Part shown: piece by piece, positions 40,931 to 61,800 of the stretch | How positions within the stretch are numbered: position 1 is the first letter of the stretch | How the letters are laid out: each line of letters begins with the position of its first letter | Source: Bugula neritina | Taxonomy: Eukaryota > Animalia > Bryozoa | Assembly (NCBI GenBank): GCA_964035545.1 | Contig: OZ037766.1 | Location: forward strand, 5,012,722-5,076,721 | Length of the DNA: 64,000 nt | Direction: 5' to 3' | The notes under the pieces: generated by a model | What the model was told of the DNA's origin: nothing | The model's database searches: none | What the model saw: the letters and a program-made list of their open reading frames with translations, nothing else | Made by a program: the position numbers and the translations under genes

Positions 40931-41372
40931 CCACTCCAGAGAGAACTGCAACAGTTGCGGTTCTCTTGTAATGGCTAGTAGGAGTGTAGTCATGGCCTTC
41001 GTTCTATAACCTCTCGTTTAGAATGCGGAGGGATAATACGAGGGATAATACGGCTGGTATACGAACCTCCAATCATATGCAGGCACGTGATGACCCCCTA
41101 CGAAGTAAATGCCTTCCGGACAGACACATAGAGAGTGAGCCTGATAAAGAGCAGACTGTTATTATCCTAAAATCTAACTTGGCATATCTACTTAGTCTAC
41201 TGATAAAACTTCTTTTATATTATCAATATACTAAATATAGTTATCCTTCTTCTCACGGCAAACCAAGAGTAGTCTCTAGTGGATTATATAACCGCCGCAG
41301 ATGCAATAATTAAAAGCACATTCGAACCCATCACGATAATAATTCCAACAACTATTACACTCTCTGGAGTGG
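40931..41372. mobile_element. Possible MITE with imperfect TIRs of about 25 bp
   Basis: CCACTCCAGAGAGAACTGCAACAGTTG versus CAACTATTACACTCTCTGGAGTGG. Confidence 0.5.
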
Positions 41373-41476
41373 TTGGTTACGACTAGAATGCACTTGTTCT
41401 TGGTTAAAGTTTCTGGTAGAAGCTTATTAAGTCTACAGCCACTTTCTGCCAAGGACGACCACTCAATGCAAGGGTA

Positions 41477-41605
41477 GAGGGAGGGTACGGGGATACAGGG
41501 AGGGTACGGGGATACAGGGAGGGTACAGGGATACAGGGAGGGTACAGGGATACAGGGAGGGTACAGGGATACAGGGAGGGTACAGGGATATGGGGAGGTT
41601 ACAGG
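41477..41605 (+). repeat. 19-bp G-rich minisatellite (GGGAGGGTACAGGGATACA)n, about 6.5 copies
   Basis: Tandem units directly visible. Confidence 0.9.
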
Positions 41606-43544
41606 TATCTAGGATGCTTAGGCAGAGTTGTCTTATAGTCTGTTTCTGTAGATCCAGAGTTTTGGTCTGGCCTGGTTCTATTCAGACCAGCTTTACTGGA
41701 GCTTTAAACTCCTGTATTGGTTGCGTATCAACAGAAAGCACAAACTCCAAAAATTCTGCTCTGGTAAATCTGCCCATCACCATCAAAGTATCACTATTAC
41801 AGTTATGCTAACAAACAATCTTGATATCTATATGATTGCTAAATTTAATCTCAATCATAATCATTATCATGATTGTTTCATTTAATTATGATCATTACCA
41901 TAATGATTATGATATTGTGTAATATAATTATTATAAAACTCAAACATGATGATAATTACTCAAGTATAATCATAATGATAATGATTTACCATTTAGTTTT
42001 ACCAAGTCTGTTAAACAAATTGAACTAATAGTAATACTAGCACTAATACTAATACTAATACTAATAGTGATAAAAATAGTGTCACATGTTGATGTATAAT
42101 AAAAATCTTATTCATACTCATAGTGATAGTGTCAGTGACACTGAAATCTATACTACAAGTAACTCTAATACTAATAAGAGAGTCTCTGAGTCTATGTCAA
42201 GTGACTGTTGTAATGAGTAAAACTAAATTTGCTAGTGATATATCAATATGATAGTATCATGCTCATACCCAGACTGATACTCGTACTGATAGTGAAACAG
42301 AGTTAGCACCATTATCACTATCAGTATCACTATCACCATCAGTAGATCAGTATGAGTATGAGTATCAGTATGACTGTAAGTTACTGTTAGTGTAAGTGTA
42401 AGACTAACTCTAAGTCACATGTGTATCACAATCACTATCAGTATGAGTATAGCATTAACTATTAAGCAATGAGTTGAGCTCTTTTAAGCTAATACAAACT
42501 GTCTTATAATTAGTTCAACTCATAAAAATCACATTTAACATTAACAGATTTTTAGGATTATGCTCCAACGACTTTGATGATGATCAACATGAATATTAAC
42601 CAACAGAAAAAATAAAATTGGGATTTCCAAACAACTTGTAGTGAGAATTGCGCGTGCGTCAAGATCAAACTGCCACGCCTCCTATTTCTTCATATGGGAG
42701 GTAAATTTGCGGTGTGCACTACTGACATAGTTAATTTGCACAATGAATTTTGCTTCTGTAAGTGTTAGGACTCGGGTCTTACAATTATGAGAAAATAACT
42801 ATATGCTTACTTGTGCAAATTTCGCTTAGTGCCTTTTTTGTCTGTATGCATAGCTTGAATTAAGTAATATAATTATAATAATTTTGTGCTAGATAGAAAA
42901 TTAGAAAAAAGAGAGCTTTTGACACAGAATTTTGACCAGGAAATATTCTAAAGCTTGAGTGATCACAAAAGTGTGTGTGCATGTGTGATCTAGGATTAAT
43001 TAAATATATATTATATATGCATACACATATGTATACACAAATGTATACGTATGTGTATGTATATGTGCATACAAGCACATATATTATATGTATATGCATG
43101 CATGTACATGTACACATATACGAATACACATGCGTATAGATATATAGTATATATTTAATTGACATAAATACTATAAAGAAAATAAAACAGAGCATATTAG
43201 GACAATGATGCTCAAAAATGTAAATGTTGTAAATATTGTTTATTTGGGTTGAAAGCTCGCAATGAATTAATATTCAGTTTCATTTTCACAAAATTGAAAG
43301 CAATATGGATGCTAAAACTTTGAACAAAAAAGACAATGTTTTTGTAACCAAAATTGAACTTTTATTGGTGTATAGAACAGGTTTTGAAATTTTTGATTTG
43401 CATAAAATTTGAGCGATTGCACAAGAAAGATAGATATAGCAGCAAAAAAATAGAAAATAACAAATAAAATCATTCAACAAGTTAGCAGTGTGCTAATGCT
43501 CTTCACTTCTTGTGTCAACCTCTGCTTTTATATCAAATTACATT

Positions 43545-50091
<6,547 letters not shown>

Positions 50092-50449
50092 TATTATAAA
50101 GTAAATGTGATTCTCAAATTTAGGCCCCTAAATTAAAAGTAGTAGTAGCAATAGCACCAGTAACTACGTCTACTACAGCACTACTCTACTAGACCTAGTA
50201 CCTTTATATTAGTGGTACTGGTACTGGTAGAACTAGATGTAGTCGGTAGTACTACTACTAGTAGTAGTTTTCCTCTAATTTCTAAATACTCTTAGTCTTT
50301 ACAACAGTCATTTGTCACGATTAGTCAATTAACTGTTTTGTGCTTTCTTAATTAGATAAGTAATTTTTGATCTAATAAAAGCTGCGTTAATTGGCTTATT
50401 AATACAAAAATTAGTTTTATTGTTGGTCCCTAGACTGAGGCTTTAAAGT

Positions 50450-50700
50450 GAATATAAGTAACAATACCGATTTAAAAAGAAGGAAACTATAAATTAGTGA
50501 GTTAAATCGAATCGCACCTGAAGCCTATAAAACCCGGATCTGTGGTGTTGCTAGCAGACGTGTGTTACTCACTAAGGCCCTACGGGCTCTAGAATCAATA
50601 TTAGGTGTGTTGAATAATTTTCGCGAGTCTTAACCAATTTTCACTTAAAATGTCAAGTTTCCGGCGGTTTTGCTAAAACTTTCATTTTTATTTTGTTAAT
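50450..50700. promoter_or_regulatory. Candidate shared (divergent) promoter region between FKRP-like D and the Polycomb gene
   Basis: The only CpG-richer patch in the 1.8-kb gap between oppositely oriented ATGs (50091 and 51893). The CBX ATG exon starts at an acceptor (51884), which implies an upstream non-coding exon. Confidence 0.35.
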
Positions 50701-51892
50701 AATAATAATAATATTATTAAATAATTAATCATATCCATTAAGTTCCTCTAATTTTTCTTTCTTTTTATTAAAAATAATTTTTTAATAAATCATTTAATTG
50801 ACGACAGTTTAGGCTATTTCGTATATACTAAACTAAAACTAAGTTTTAAAAAGGGCTCGGATAGAACTTGAAGTTGAAGTACTATTACTATTAGTATTAC
50901 TAGTACTAGTAGTTGTAGAAATAGAAGCTGAAGACGAAGTACCTGTTACTGTTAGTCTGTTACTTATAGTCATATTGTATTAATACTACTGCTACTACTA
51001 GTAAAGACACTCACCCTCAATCTCACACTGACAGGTAGATGTAATAATATTTATATTTTAGTAATAACAATTTAGTAATACTAAATCTAATAGATTTATA
51101 CTTATAGTAATACTAATTAGTAATTACTAGTTAGTAATTGTAAGACTAAAACTAATAGTATTAGTATTACTATTATTATTAGTATTACTGTTTACCTATT
51201 CTTGGTTTTATGACTTATAGTTATACTAATACTAATATTATTTTTAGTTTGCTTAATTTTATTATTTCATATAATAATTTAGAAATCAACTTATATTAAT
51301 ACAAATAGATATATATTTTAATTGAGTTTATGTAACATTCTCATAGATTACAAATTTTGTGAATAAATGGCAAAAGCATTTAAAGCATTTTTTATTAAGT
51401 AACAGAGGTGAAGAATAAAATGAAATATATAAACATGAAGTCGATATGTAAAGCTCTTGAGTTATAGTACTTTTTTCTCAAGTACTTTTTTTGAAACTAT
51501 GTTTACTCTTTCAAATACACTATCATGTACTATAATACATTTTAAATTGTAACATACAATTTAATTTTTCAATAGGTAATTCAAGGAGAATGAATAGATT
51601 TTAGCAAAAAGTAATACATAAATATGTTGCCTTTAGACAAACTGCTAATATAGTTGTTGTAAATTGACCATTTTCAAAACAATAAATTCACTTATATCAA
51701 AGTATTTCAAATTAACTCCAGCAAGTGCAGAAACAACTATATAGTAGTTCTTGCTGAATCTAAAGTAATGTGGGCAGCAATCAGATTCAACATAGCTGAA
51801 CTTTTCAAGATTCATTAGCAACCACAGAATGCTAATTGAAATTTCTAATTCAAAGCTCAATTTTTTTACTGATAGTTTTTCAGAACATTGCC

Positions 51893-54800
51893 ATGGGGGA
51901 TTCTAGTTCAAATGAGCCAGATTCAGAAGAACGAGTATTTGCTGCTGAGCGTATTGAAAAAAGTCGAATACGAAAAGTAAGTTGTGTTTGCCTGTTTTTT
52001 TTTTTTGTTCCTCCTACAACCTACAAATGGCACCGAATTATTATGTGCATTTTTGAACTCTAACGTCAAAATGGTTTTCATCTTTTAAAGTATATACATA
52101 CATTGACAGCTTCCTTATAAGTGAATGTCATGACAAGATTCCTTAAGAATAGAAACTTATGACTTACATTTCATCTCATCAATTATGAATTACAATGTAT
52201 ATAATAGCTACTTATAAAAATGTGTTGCGTGTTTCAACAGCTGATGTGTAAATCAACTAAAACAATTTGGCGGTTTATACCGGTTGTTAAATGTAATCTC
52301 TGATTTAATTTTTCAACAAACTTTTTTTCATCTGTTTGCAGGGAAAAGTTGAGTATTATATTAAATGGAAAGGCTGGTCATCCAAGTGAGTATTGTATAA
52401 ATTTTACACTTATTACATCAATCTTACAGTGTACACTGTCGTGTTATATCTATTATTTCACACACTCCACCTCGTTTTTGTGACGGTAGCTGTGAAAACC
52501 AATTGCTTTGCTGGAATAATTGATATTTCCAATAATATTATGATTATTATTTTTTATGTACAACGTATTATGAATAAATGATCCACCATGCTCATAGGTG
52601 GAGTAAATGCTGGTGGGAAAATCTGAGCTTGTCTACAACTCTCAAAATAAATTCATATTGTTAGCAACTGCAATGCAAGTACTTAGTAAAGGCATAGGAG
52701 TATTTTTCAAGTAGCTTATAATGCAAAGCATTTTTTCAAGTCTAGTAGCTACAAACAACTAGTTCTGCTACTGAGTTTAAGTCTGCCTCTTTTTCATTCT
52801 ATAAGTTGTAAGAGTTTAGGTCTGCCTCTTTTTCATTCTACAAGTGGGCAGTCCTTTTGGGTATAAACATTACATAGCTATTGAAAAGTTATTGCTAGGC
52901 AGATATTTTTTTGGTGTTCAGGAATAGCGAAGGATTTAATTTAATAATAAAATACCTTGCAGTATGTGACTTACTTGTTGTCATATGTCATATTTTCCTG
53001 TTTTTATTGAAGGTGCAGTGGTGGAAAAATTTTAGTAGTGTGAGCTCCCTTTTTCCTTAAAAAATTTTGGTTTGGAGGGTTGCAATTCTTATGAGAACGT
53101 GACTTTTTTGATATATTTCTAATCTAGAAAACATGTTTTTTTAAATTTCTCCATTACTCCACCCACCTTGAAAGTTAGTAATAATGATGAAGATAAAGTA
53201 CATGTAAATTGTTTCAAGTACTATAATTACCAGAGTTTTCTTTGAATAGCCATCTGGCTCTAGATAGAGAAAGTCCAACTTTCAATATTTTTGAACATAA
53301 AATAATAAGTAGCCTATATACAATATAATATATTATTTTATAATATGTTTACTCAATATAATACTATATTACATTACAAGACATTATTACTTTATAATGA
53401 TTATGCTGTTGTCAGGAATAACACGTGGGAGCCTGCTACCAATATCCTAGACGAACGTCTGCTGGAGAACTTTAGACTGAGGTCTTCTTCTCAACTCACC
53501 AGGTAACAACTCGCAGAGTGCTGTACTTTAATTCTTTAGAGTCTGGTTCTTGTTGTATTGACTGCTAGGTAAATAGAAAACTAGTTTTATTTCTGTGAGA
53601 TTCATTTTGAATACAAGGACTTTGCATTTTTATGGCTACAAGTGACTAGCCACTCTCTATCTTCTCGTCTAGCTAAGTAAAATTCACACAACATTATTAT
53701 TTACCATTTTCTGTTATGATTGCGTTGTTCAATTTAATAATAAGCTAATCATATTTTAATGCAATTATGCCACGCTTGATCTTAACTACATGTGTTTTTA
53801 ATGCCATACATTTTATCTACAATGATATGCAAATTATTTGGTCAAAACCCTGTTTTCCGTACTGCCGAGTTACTATGAATGACTACTACACTTACTATTA
53901 GTGTTTCTGATTGGAAATGATTATCCCGGTTTGTATCTAATGCTGGTCCGGCATTTACTATACTGAGTGATTTTCAGTGATGGTGCAGGTGGAAAGGTTC
54001 GGGGCCGTGGACGCCCCAAAAAGAGAGCGTCAATGGGAGTAATAGAACCTCAAGCCAGCTCATCAGCTATCACTAATTCTCCAGGTATTGCTTCGGAGTT
54101 ATGTCATATATAAGTCAATTTTTTTCTTCCCTCTGTTCTGTAGTAGAATAAAATAGGATGTGATTATGCCGATATAATTTGCTCACTTTTCTGGATAACT
54201 GAGGCTGTAAAATTTGGCTCACATTTTTTTACTGCCTGTAATGAGCTTCGACTTTTTTATGATTCAGTTTACATTTCGTTTCATGTAACAAAATCTCGTC
54301 CATCCGTTGTTTGTAAGCTTGTCTGCTAAATATAGCATTAGGTAGTAACTTTGTATAGACATCGAAGAAAATACTTCTGGTGTTGAGGATTCTGGGTTCA
54401 AAGAGGAGAGAAATACGGGCACATCGCCCGCCACCCCTTCTAGCTCAGCAGATCTGAATACAGCAGCTAGCACACTGTCTAGTAGTACTGAGGCCACGCC
54501 CTCTACTTCCTTCAACAGTATTACCGCTAAGAAGAAACGAGGACGCCCACGTAAAGTGAAACGCGACTCACCAATGTTAGAATCAAACTCCACTCCAGCG
54601 GCCACTCCTGGTTGGTTTATTTTTTGTCTCATGTGAATGTATATATGAAAAATATATTATATAAAACGTAAAGTACTTGAAATATTTGTTACTTATAAGC
54701 AGGCTCTTGGATTAAAGTCAAATCAAGTCTAGTGGCTTCTTTTTCGTTGAATACTTGGATTTGTAACAAAAATTGTGATTGTTCACTCGTATAACTCCAG

Positions 54801-55581
54801 CCATAAAATGATATTGTGTTAATTGGTAGTCGTCTATCTTCGAGAAAGGAAACACATTTTAAGTAATGTTAGCAGAGTGTACTCACAGTCTTCTAGTTAG
54901 AATATTCTTCCGTCAGAACCCTAGTTAGTAGTGTTCTACACATACACCTGCCACTACCTGCCACTACCTGCCACTACCTGCCACTACTTGCTGTCACCTG
55001 CCACTAGTTGCGAAGCTGCTAGCTATCAGTATTGTGGCTGTCAATTTTACAAATTGCTCTAATCTGACCCTATATTCGTCGTTCATAGTGCTCTAATCTT
55101 AAGCACTATGAACGGCAAATATAGGGTCAGTATGGAATCTATGGGTCCACCGGTTGTTAATATACCTCCTAAGTCCAAGCAATAACTACCCCTTATATTT
55201 GTTTTAGAACCACCCACACCATCGAGTCTTATAAATACAAGCCCTTCCACTGTCAGCGTCACAACCACCACTAATTCTATTTTTATCACCACAACTTCTA
55301 CGGCAGCGACTAAACCTGCCGCTCTGGTTACTTCTTCTCTTTCTCCCGTCTCGGGGCCAGTGTTTGCTGACCTAGTAGACGAGTCGGAAGTGGATCTCCT
55401 TCAAGTGAGAGTAAAAGAAGAGTGTATGGAACCAGAGTGGAGCTCTGAAGAGATGCAGCAATTTATAGCCGGGTTGAAGGCAATAACCCCGACACAGCTG
55501 AAGAATAAAGGGCCTATAGTTCTAACTGATGTTACAGTAAACAATCAGACTATAATGTTCAAAGAATACACAAGGCATTGA
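51893..55581 (+). CDS. Pc: Polycomb / chromobox (CBX2/4/6/7/8 family) protein, about 315 aa
   Basis: Exons 51893-51976, 52342-52385, 53416-53502, 53978-54084, 54359-54610 and 55208-55581 (948 nt, in frame). Chromodomain [45 protein letters not shown]; AT-hooks RGRGRPKK and KKRGRPRK; C-terminal Pc box IVLTDVTVNNQTIMFKEY. Confidence 0.93.
54947..55006. repeat. 10-bp tandem repeat (CCTGCCACTA)n
   Basis: About 6 units visible. Confidence 0.85.
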
Positions 55582-56450
55582 GTATTGCCTGCCCCTGCAT
55601 ATTACTTGCTTTTCTGGTCAAATATGAATCAACAGTCACTACATGGAGCTGCCCTTGTACAGAGTTTTGATGTAAATTTATTTAAACTTTGTGGAGTAAA
55701 GTGAAATGGGTCTTTTGTCTCTAATGTAAATACATTTGAAAATTACTCTCTCACCATTTTATAACGTCATGTTATAATATTTTTAATTCAGAAGTAAATA
55801 GTTTTAATGTAACTTGTATTATACATGCTACTAGAATTTTTTACGTTACAATTATTTATATTTGTTTACCCACAAGTTATCTCATTTTTATGGTAAAATA
55901 CTTCTGTTTTATTTCGTGTTTATTTACAATCTCAATGTTTTCTGTAGTTTATTGTATATAAAGTTTTGCTGTAAGAGTTTTCTGCAGGAAGCTGTGTTTA
56001 AAATTGAATAGCGTTTTTCCACGAAATGAAATTCTTGGAAAGCCAGATTAAATTTCTTCCATTAATATTTATTTTCTTTGTATAATACATGTTTTATATT
56101 AATTTGTTAGCCTAGCAAGTTTCTATTTGTGAATAGTGAATAGTTATTATGTTTATATTAACTAATGTTTGTTATTACATTAGATTCAGTAAAGCCAATT
56201 GTTCAAATTTACTAAGGAATGTTGTTGGGTTTATTCTTTCAAATGCTTTAACCGAATGCATGCCTATAAAAAAACTGTTGTTAAATTTGTTCAGTCTAAA
56301 AACATCAACACCTTTCTTGAGGTAAGTGCATTTCTTCTTGGCGTATGCCTTGCTGGTATAGTATTTCAAGAAGGTAATTTGTTAACTTTATTCTCTACTA
56401 CAATATCAAAGAATACTTAAGTTTTCTGTCATCTTAGCCTCGGAGAATAG

Positions 56451-56578
56451 TTCTATAAGCAGGGGGTTACTGGGTGCAGCAAATTGTAGTTCTCTAGTTT
56501 AAAGTTGGGGGGTCGCTCAACTCCAGAACCACAAACTACTGCACTCAGTCGCCCCCCAGCTTAGAGCTGCTTATAGAA
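56451..56578. repeat. Short imperfect palindrome / mini-MITE
   Basis: Ends TTCTATAAGCAG…CTGCTTATAGAA, plus inner complementary arms of about 30 bp. Confidence 0.65.
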
Positions 56579-58320
56579 ACATTCCATGTTAGATAGAGTG
56601 TGAACTATGATCTAGTGTAAAGTAATTTGGCTTGCTAAGCAATAGCATTTGCATCTATATAGCCTACTGTACTTTATTTTAGCCTAAGTTTCTAATGTCT
56701 GAACTGGTCCATAAAAGATTTGTAAGTAGTTTAATCAGTGAAGTAATTACAGATTTGTTTGCTTTGTCATTTTGTTATCTAATGATGGGCTCCGTGTACA
56801 ATTCATTATGACAGGAGTGGGCTATGATGAATGACTGGCAAAGCTGCTTACTATGCATATCTATAGTACGTCTAAGCTGTTTCAGGTAAGTCTAGACTAA
56901 CACCATCTGTGTCTTTACCTGAATAAATTTACCTATAGGCTACCAGATGTAAACGAATGCATCACCTATAGGAGCTGTTCAAACATGATAGATATGCCAA
57001 ATGTTTTGACTTAGTATGATGTTACCAAGGATGTAATAAAATTGCCATGGATATATTTTAACAGTAGTGACAAGCTGCACTTGGTGCTATGAGTTAAATT
57101 CTTTGCTATTGCTAACATCACTTTCTCCTTGGGGAGTTGATGGTCAAAAGGCTGTAGCACATTATCTGTCTTGCAGCGTATAAATATTTCATTTGTTTAT
57201 ATGTCTGTCTTTGTAGCAGAGTAAGTGACAGTGTTGGTCTAGTTAGTAGCTGAACCACAGAGTCCCATCACATTTGTATGAGGTATGTAGCTTACTAAAT
57301 AGGTATCTAACATTTAGTAACAATAGTATATTTGTAGTATTTACATAGAATATAGAAAACACCCTCATTTTCCCAATTGAAACTACATTAAGTTATTACA
57401 GCTGCCTATTTAATTGTCATACACTTTGGATTTTAGCAAGTTATTAACAAGCATATAATATTATTAATTGTATATTGTTGGATTATCAACAAATTATTAT
57501 GGGACACAGCTTTTTGCTGTAGCCGACTATCACTGTTATACTCAATATTTTCAACTGACAACGTTAATCATTTTCAGATATTATTGTAACAATGAAAAGA
57601 CTGCCAAAGCCTGTGCTCTGACAGGTTTTAACAATAGTAGTTACATGAGAATTACAACCTGCATCCCAAACAAAAGCATTCGTATCAAAATTGAAAAAGA
57701 GAAGACTTTACAGAATATCATTGTATTTAACTGCAGCACTTTGAGCATATTCAAAGTTAGAATGTATCTCTGCATTTACTTACACTATATAGGACTTACA
57801 TATTCATACAAGAGGTTAAATTTACTGTACTCTCTTAAAGATACTCTTGGTATTACATAAGAGTACTGCAGTACACTAGGAAGGGGAACAGTTTATTATT
57901 GTACAGCTTTATCAGCTGCGAGACTTCAAGGTACTCAATGAATTGACCAACCCGAACCATGTTAGACTCAGCTACATGTACTTTTTTTGTTCAGTTCAAG
58001 TACCTTTTATATGCTCCATTTTGTTACACTTATCAAGGCTTGTAACTCAGTATAAGAATGTTACTAACAAGTCTACATTCTTAAGTCAACTGTAGTTTAA
58101 AAATAAATCTGTGAAAATGACATTTAGTTGATGTGAATTCATCCCACAGCTCCTTGCTTTGCCAACAGCCATATAGGTTTTTACACGAGGATATATTAAT
58201 GAAAACAGTTCAATGATTAATGCTGACACCCACTAGCTTGTGCAACTGCAGCTATGTAGGCACTTACAGAATCTTTAAACAGTGTTTCAGTGCCATGTAG
58301 TTTTACAACTAAACAACGCT

Positions 58321-58453
58321 ACTGGCGTCTGGCCGCTGGGTGTCACACCACTGGATGTCTCACTGCTGAGCGTTTCACCACTGAGCGTCTCACCGCTGAG
58401 TGTCTCACCGCTGAGCGTCTTCCCGCTGAGGGTCTTACCGCTGAGTGGCTCAC
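58321..58453. repeat. 15-bp tandem repeat (CGCTGAGCGTCTCAC)n, about 8 degenerate copies
   Basis: Contiguous units with no unique spacers. Confidence 0.85.
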
Positions 58454-58800
58454 TACTTGTGCTATGCTTACATTATTATTTACCTTTAAAACTTTTCCAA
58501 GACATTTTAAATGAAAAATTAGGCAGCAAGTAAACTCTAGCTAAACTTGTCTCTGCATAAGCTGAAGGATAGCTATGGCATAGTTACATGTCTGCTTGTG
58601 TTGGTATGTCCACGCAGCTGTGCTGACCATTCATGGAGTATGCCGGGTGTGTTTAGATTCCCCATAGAATTTCTGACCTACTATATCAGAATTATTTATG
58701 CGTTGGAGGTTAGGAAGTATGAATCAATTGTTTCTGTTATTCAGGGGTGTCTAGAAGCTATTGAAGGACAGAAGCTTTTAACACACTAATCACAAGTAAC

Positions 58801-61800
58801 ATGACTTTATCTTTGCATATTCATTCACTTTATGGCCTTGACACGACAGCAGATGGAGCAACGGAGTCTGATGCTGCTTATGTCATCATTGCTAAATTTA
58901 GACGTAAGTCAAGTATATTTTGTCTAAGTAGCGCATCCAAATTTTTTTGATGGTTCTATGCCAGATAATTTCTTCACCTTAATGATGGTCACTTCATATT
59001 ACAACTAAAAGCCTAGTTTTTTAATAAATAGTTGAATAAATATTTTTTTAATATGCGTTTTGATTTAAAGTTTTATTCCAGTTTAAAGTCATGTTTATAC
59101 TGTAGGTAGCATTGCAGACACCGACGAGCAACGTGTGACATCTAACACTGGCTCAGTAGTGTTTAATCAGGTAAGACTGGTTATGCCGACTACATCACAT
59201 TTATTGTCTATAATATCTGTCCAGTAATATTATATCTGTATTAATTATGCGTATTGATGGTTATACGGAGATAGGATTACTCTATAGTAAGGCAGTATCA
59301 CCTTCAATTGGATACTTGGTTTTTTCTTATAGTATAAAAAGAGTTTCAGGTGTGAACTATTATACTGCCATGTAACAAATGAAGTGCGTGTCACAAAAAA
59401 TGTCAAAATCATTGGAACACGAAGTCAAAGATTTTTTCTGCATCACTGTGTTTTGGCTACGCTATTGCTGTAGTCTTACATTATTTGATGTAGTGCCGGA
59501 AATTTTTTTCCGAGAAATTACATCCATTATCCTTTTTTATTAGTCATCACTTGGTTAAGATTTAAGGCCTCTCACCCCCACTCACCCCCTCTCACCCCCT
59601 CTCACCCGTCTCACCCCCTCTCGCCCCCTCTCACCCCCTCTCACCCTCTCACCCCCTCTCGCCCCCTCTCACCCCTCTCACCCCCTCTCGCCCCCTCTCA
59701 CCCCCTCTCGCCCCCTCTCGCCCCCTCTCACCCCCTCTCGCCCTCTCTCACCCCCTCTCGCCCCCTCTCACCCCCTCTCGCTCCCTCTCACCCTCTCTCA
59801 CCCTCTCTCGCCCCCTCTCGCCCCCTCTCACCCCTTCCCACCCCCTCTCACCCCCTCTCACCCCCACTCAGTTATTTTTATTCACATCCAGTTCCAATAA
59901 CTTCCTGTTGACATACTTTTACACAAAAAAAAAATATTTCTATCAATTTTTATTTTGCAGCTGTTCATGAATTTCTGTAAATTTCTTATAAATGAAGATG
60001 AATAAAATAACTAGCTTGAGTTCTTACACTTGTAGAACTTGAAGTTTGAGGTGAGAAATAAGATACAGCAGACAGACACCATCTCTCTCAGTGTAATGAA
60101 ACGAGTTAAACCAGGCTCTTCTTCTCAAATGTTAGTAAACCTGAAACAATGCTATTATTAGCGGCATTTATACTATATTTACCTTTGTTTAAAGTGCATT
60201 TGATGTGCAGTTTGCTATGCTATTTGCTACATCTTTTGCCATACAATTTATTATACTATTTACTCTACCATTTGCTATATTATTTGTTATACCATTTACA
60301 ATGTTGTTTGCTATAACATCTGCTATACCATTTGCTGTTATATTTAAATACAATTTGCATGCACTATATGATATTTGATATGCAAGTTACATGAACATAG
60401 AATCGTACAGAAGTATTCCTTTATAAACAGGAAACTTGGTGAATTTTCTATGATACTCCAATCGGTGGTTGAGGATGAACCAATCACTATTGAGAATAAA
60501 ATACTGGATTTGAATCACAATGCATTACTTCCGGTGAGCAGATTAGCCAACCAGAATTTTAGTAGACTGTTTCTATTTCTGACAAGCCATCTAACACCTG
60601 CAGTAGTTGTCCCTAGAGATCACCTCAGACACTGTTTTATATTTACAACTCTTGTGAAAACCTATTGTTAGGCATTTTTAAGGTCGTGAGCGCGTTGACT
60701 ATAAGACTTCATAGTGACATAGGAGCAACTTTGCCTAAATATCTTTCTCATTTTTTATTTTGTTGTATATTATAGTGTATTCTGGTATACTCTGGTATAC
60801 TCTGGTATATTAAAGTATATTCTGGTATATTCTAATATATTCTGGTATATTCTGGTGTATTATGGTGTATTCTGGTATACTCTGGTATATTTTATTGTTA
60901 TTTTATTGAATTTATATGCAGATCTCTGTGAAGTTCAGTATACTCTATGAACCAGTTACCGCTCCAAAAACTCCCAATGGTCATGATATGATGTCACCAG
61001 AAAATGGTGATGCTTTAGAAGACGACTCCCTGTCCCCTCAATCACAACATACAGTTTCATATAGTGCACCTTTCGGTGGCTCAAAGAAAGTTAGAAAAAC
61101 CAGCAGAACATTGAGCAGGCAGCAGGCACATGACAGTCCAGAGCTGGTCAGCACTCAAGCAGCAATAAAAGGTTCGGACACAAACCTACCATCTGACGCC
61201 AAGTTGCAGTCTTCTCGTGTTAGAAGTTACAGCAAGCAAAACTCTATGCCAGCAAGGTTTGATGGGAAGACAAATCCGTCAGTTGATAGGAAAACACTTG
61301 GTAATAATTTACATACAACATCCTTGGACTTGGCAACGTCTGCATCTATAGACTCTGTATCGTCTGCAACTATGGACACTGTATCGTCAGCATCTATAAA
61401 CACTGTAAAGTCAGCAGCATCACATGTCACGTCTGCACCTATGAATACAGTAGCATCTGTAGCTATGGAGGTGATGAGGAGACAACATAGAACAAAACTT
61501 AATAGGTTTTTCCACAAAAAGCCTATCACCAGGGAAATCTCAAACAAATCAGCTAAGAGAAACAGATTTCCGTAAGTTGTTTTGCATTTTAGAAAACCCT
61601 CATCCTAACACAAGGTCAAACATTAAGAATTATCTTCTCATAATTTTTTTAAATTTGTAAAATGAGGTCATTAAATAGACTCTGTTTATACATTTGAATA
61701 TTTTTACCAACAAGTGTTTGGTACAGCACTCATGCTATTTGATGCTAGAGCAGTATGTAGAAAAACTTGTAATAACTTTTGAAAGTTGTGACATCATGCA

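Noticed and set aside
41820-42460. ATC/AGT-rich low-complexity tract with local inverted segments
   Set aside because: Degenerate simple repeats; the apparent symmetry is explained by composition.
58282-58533. 15-bp repeat array as CRISPR or as a repeat protein
   Set aside because: No unique spacers, eukaryotic context, and no splice or start support.
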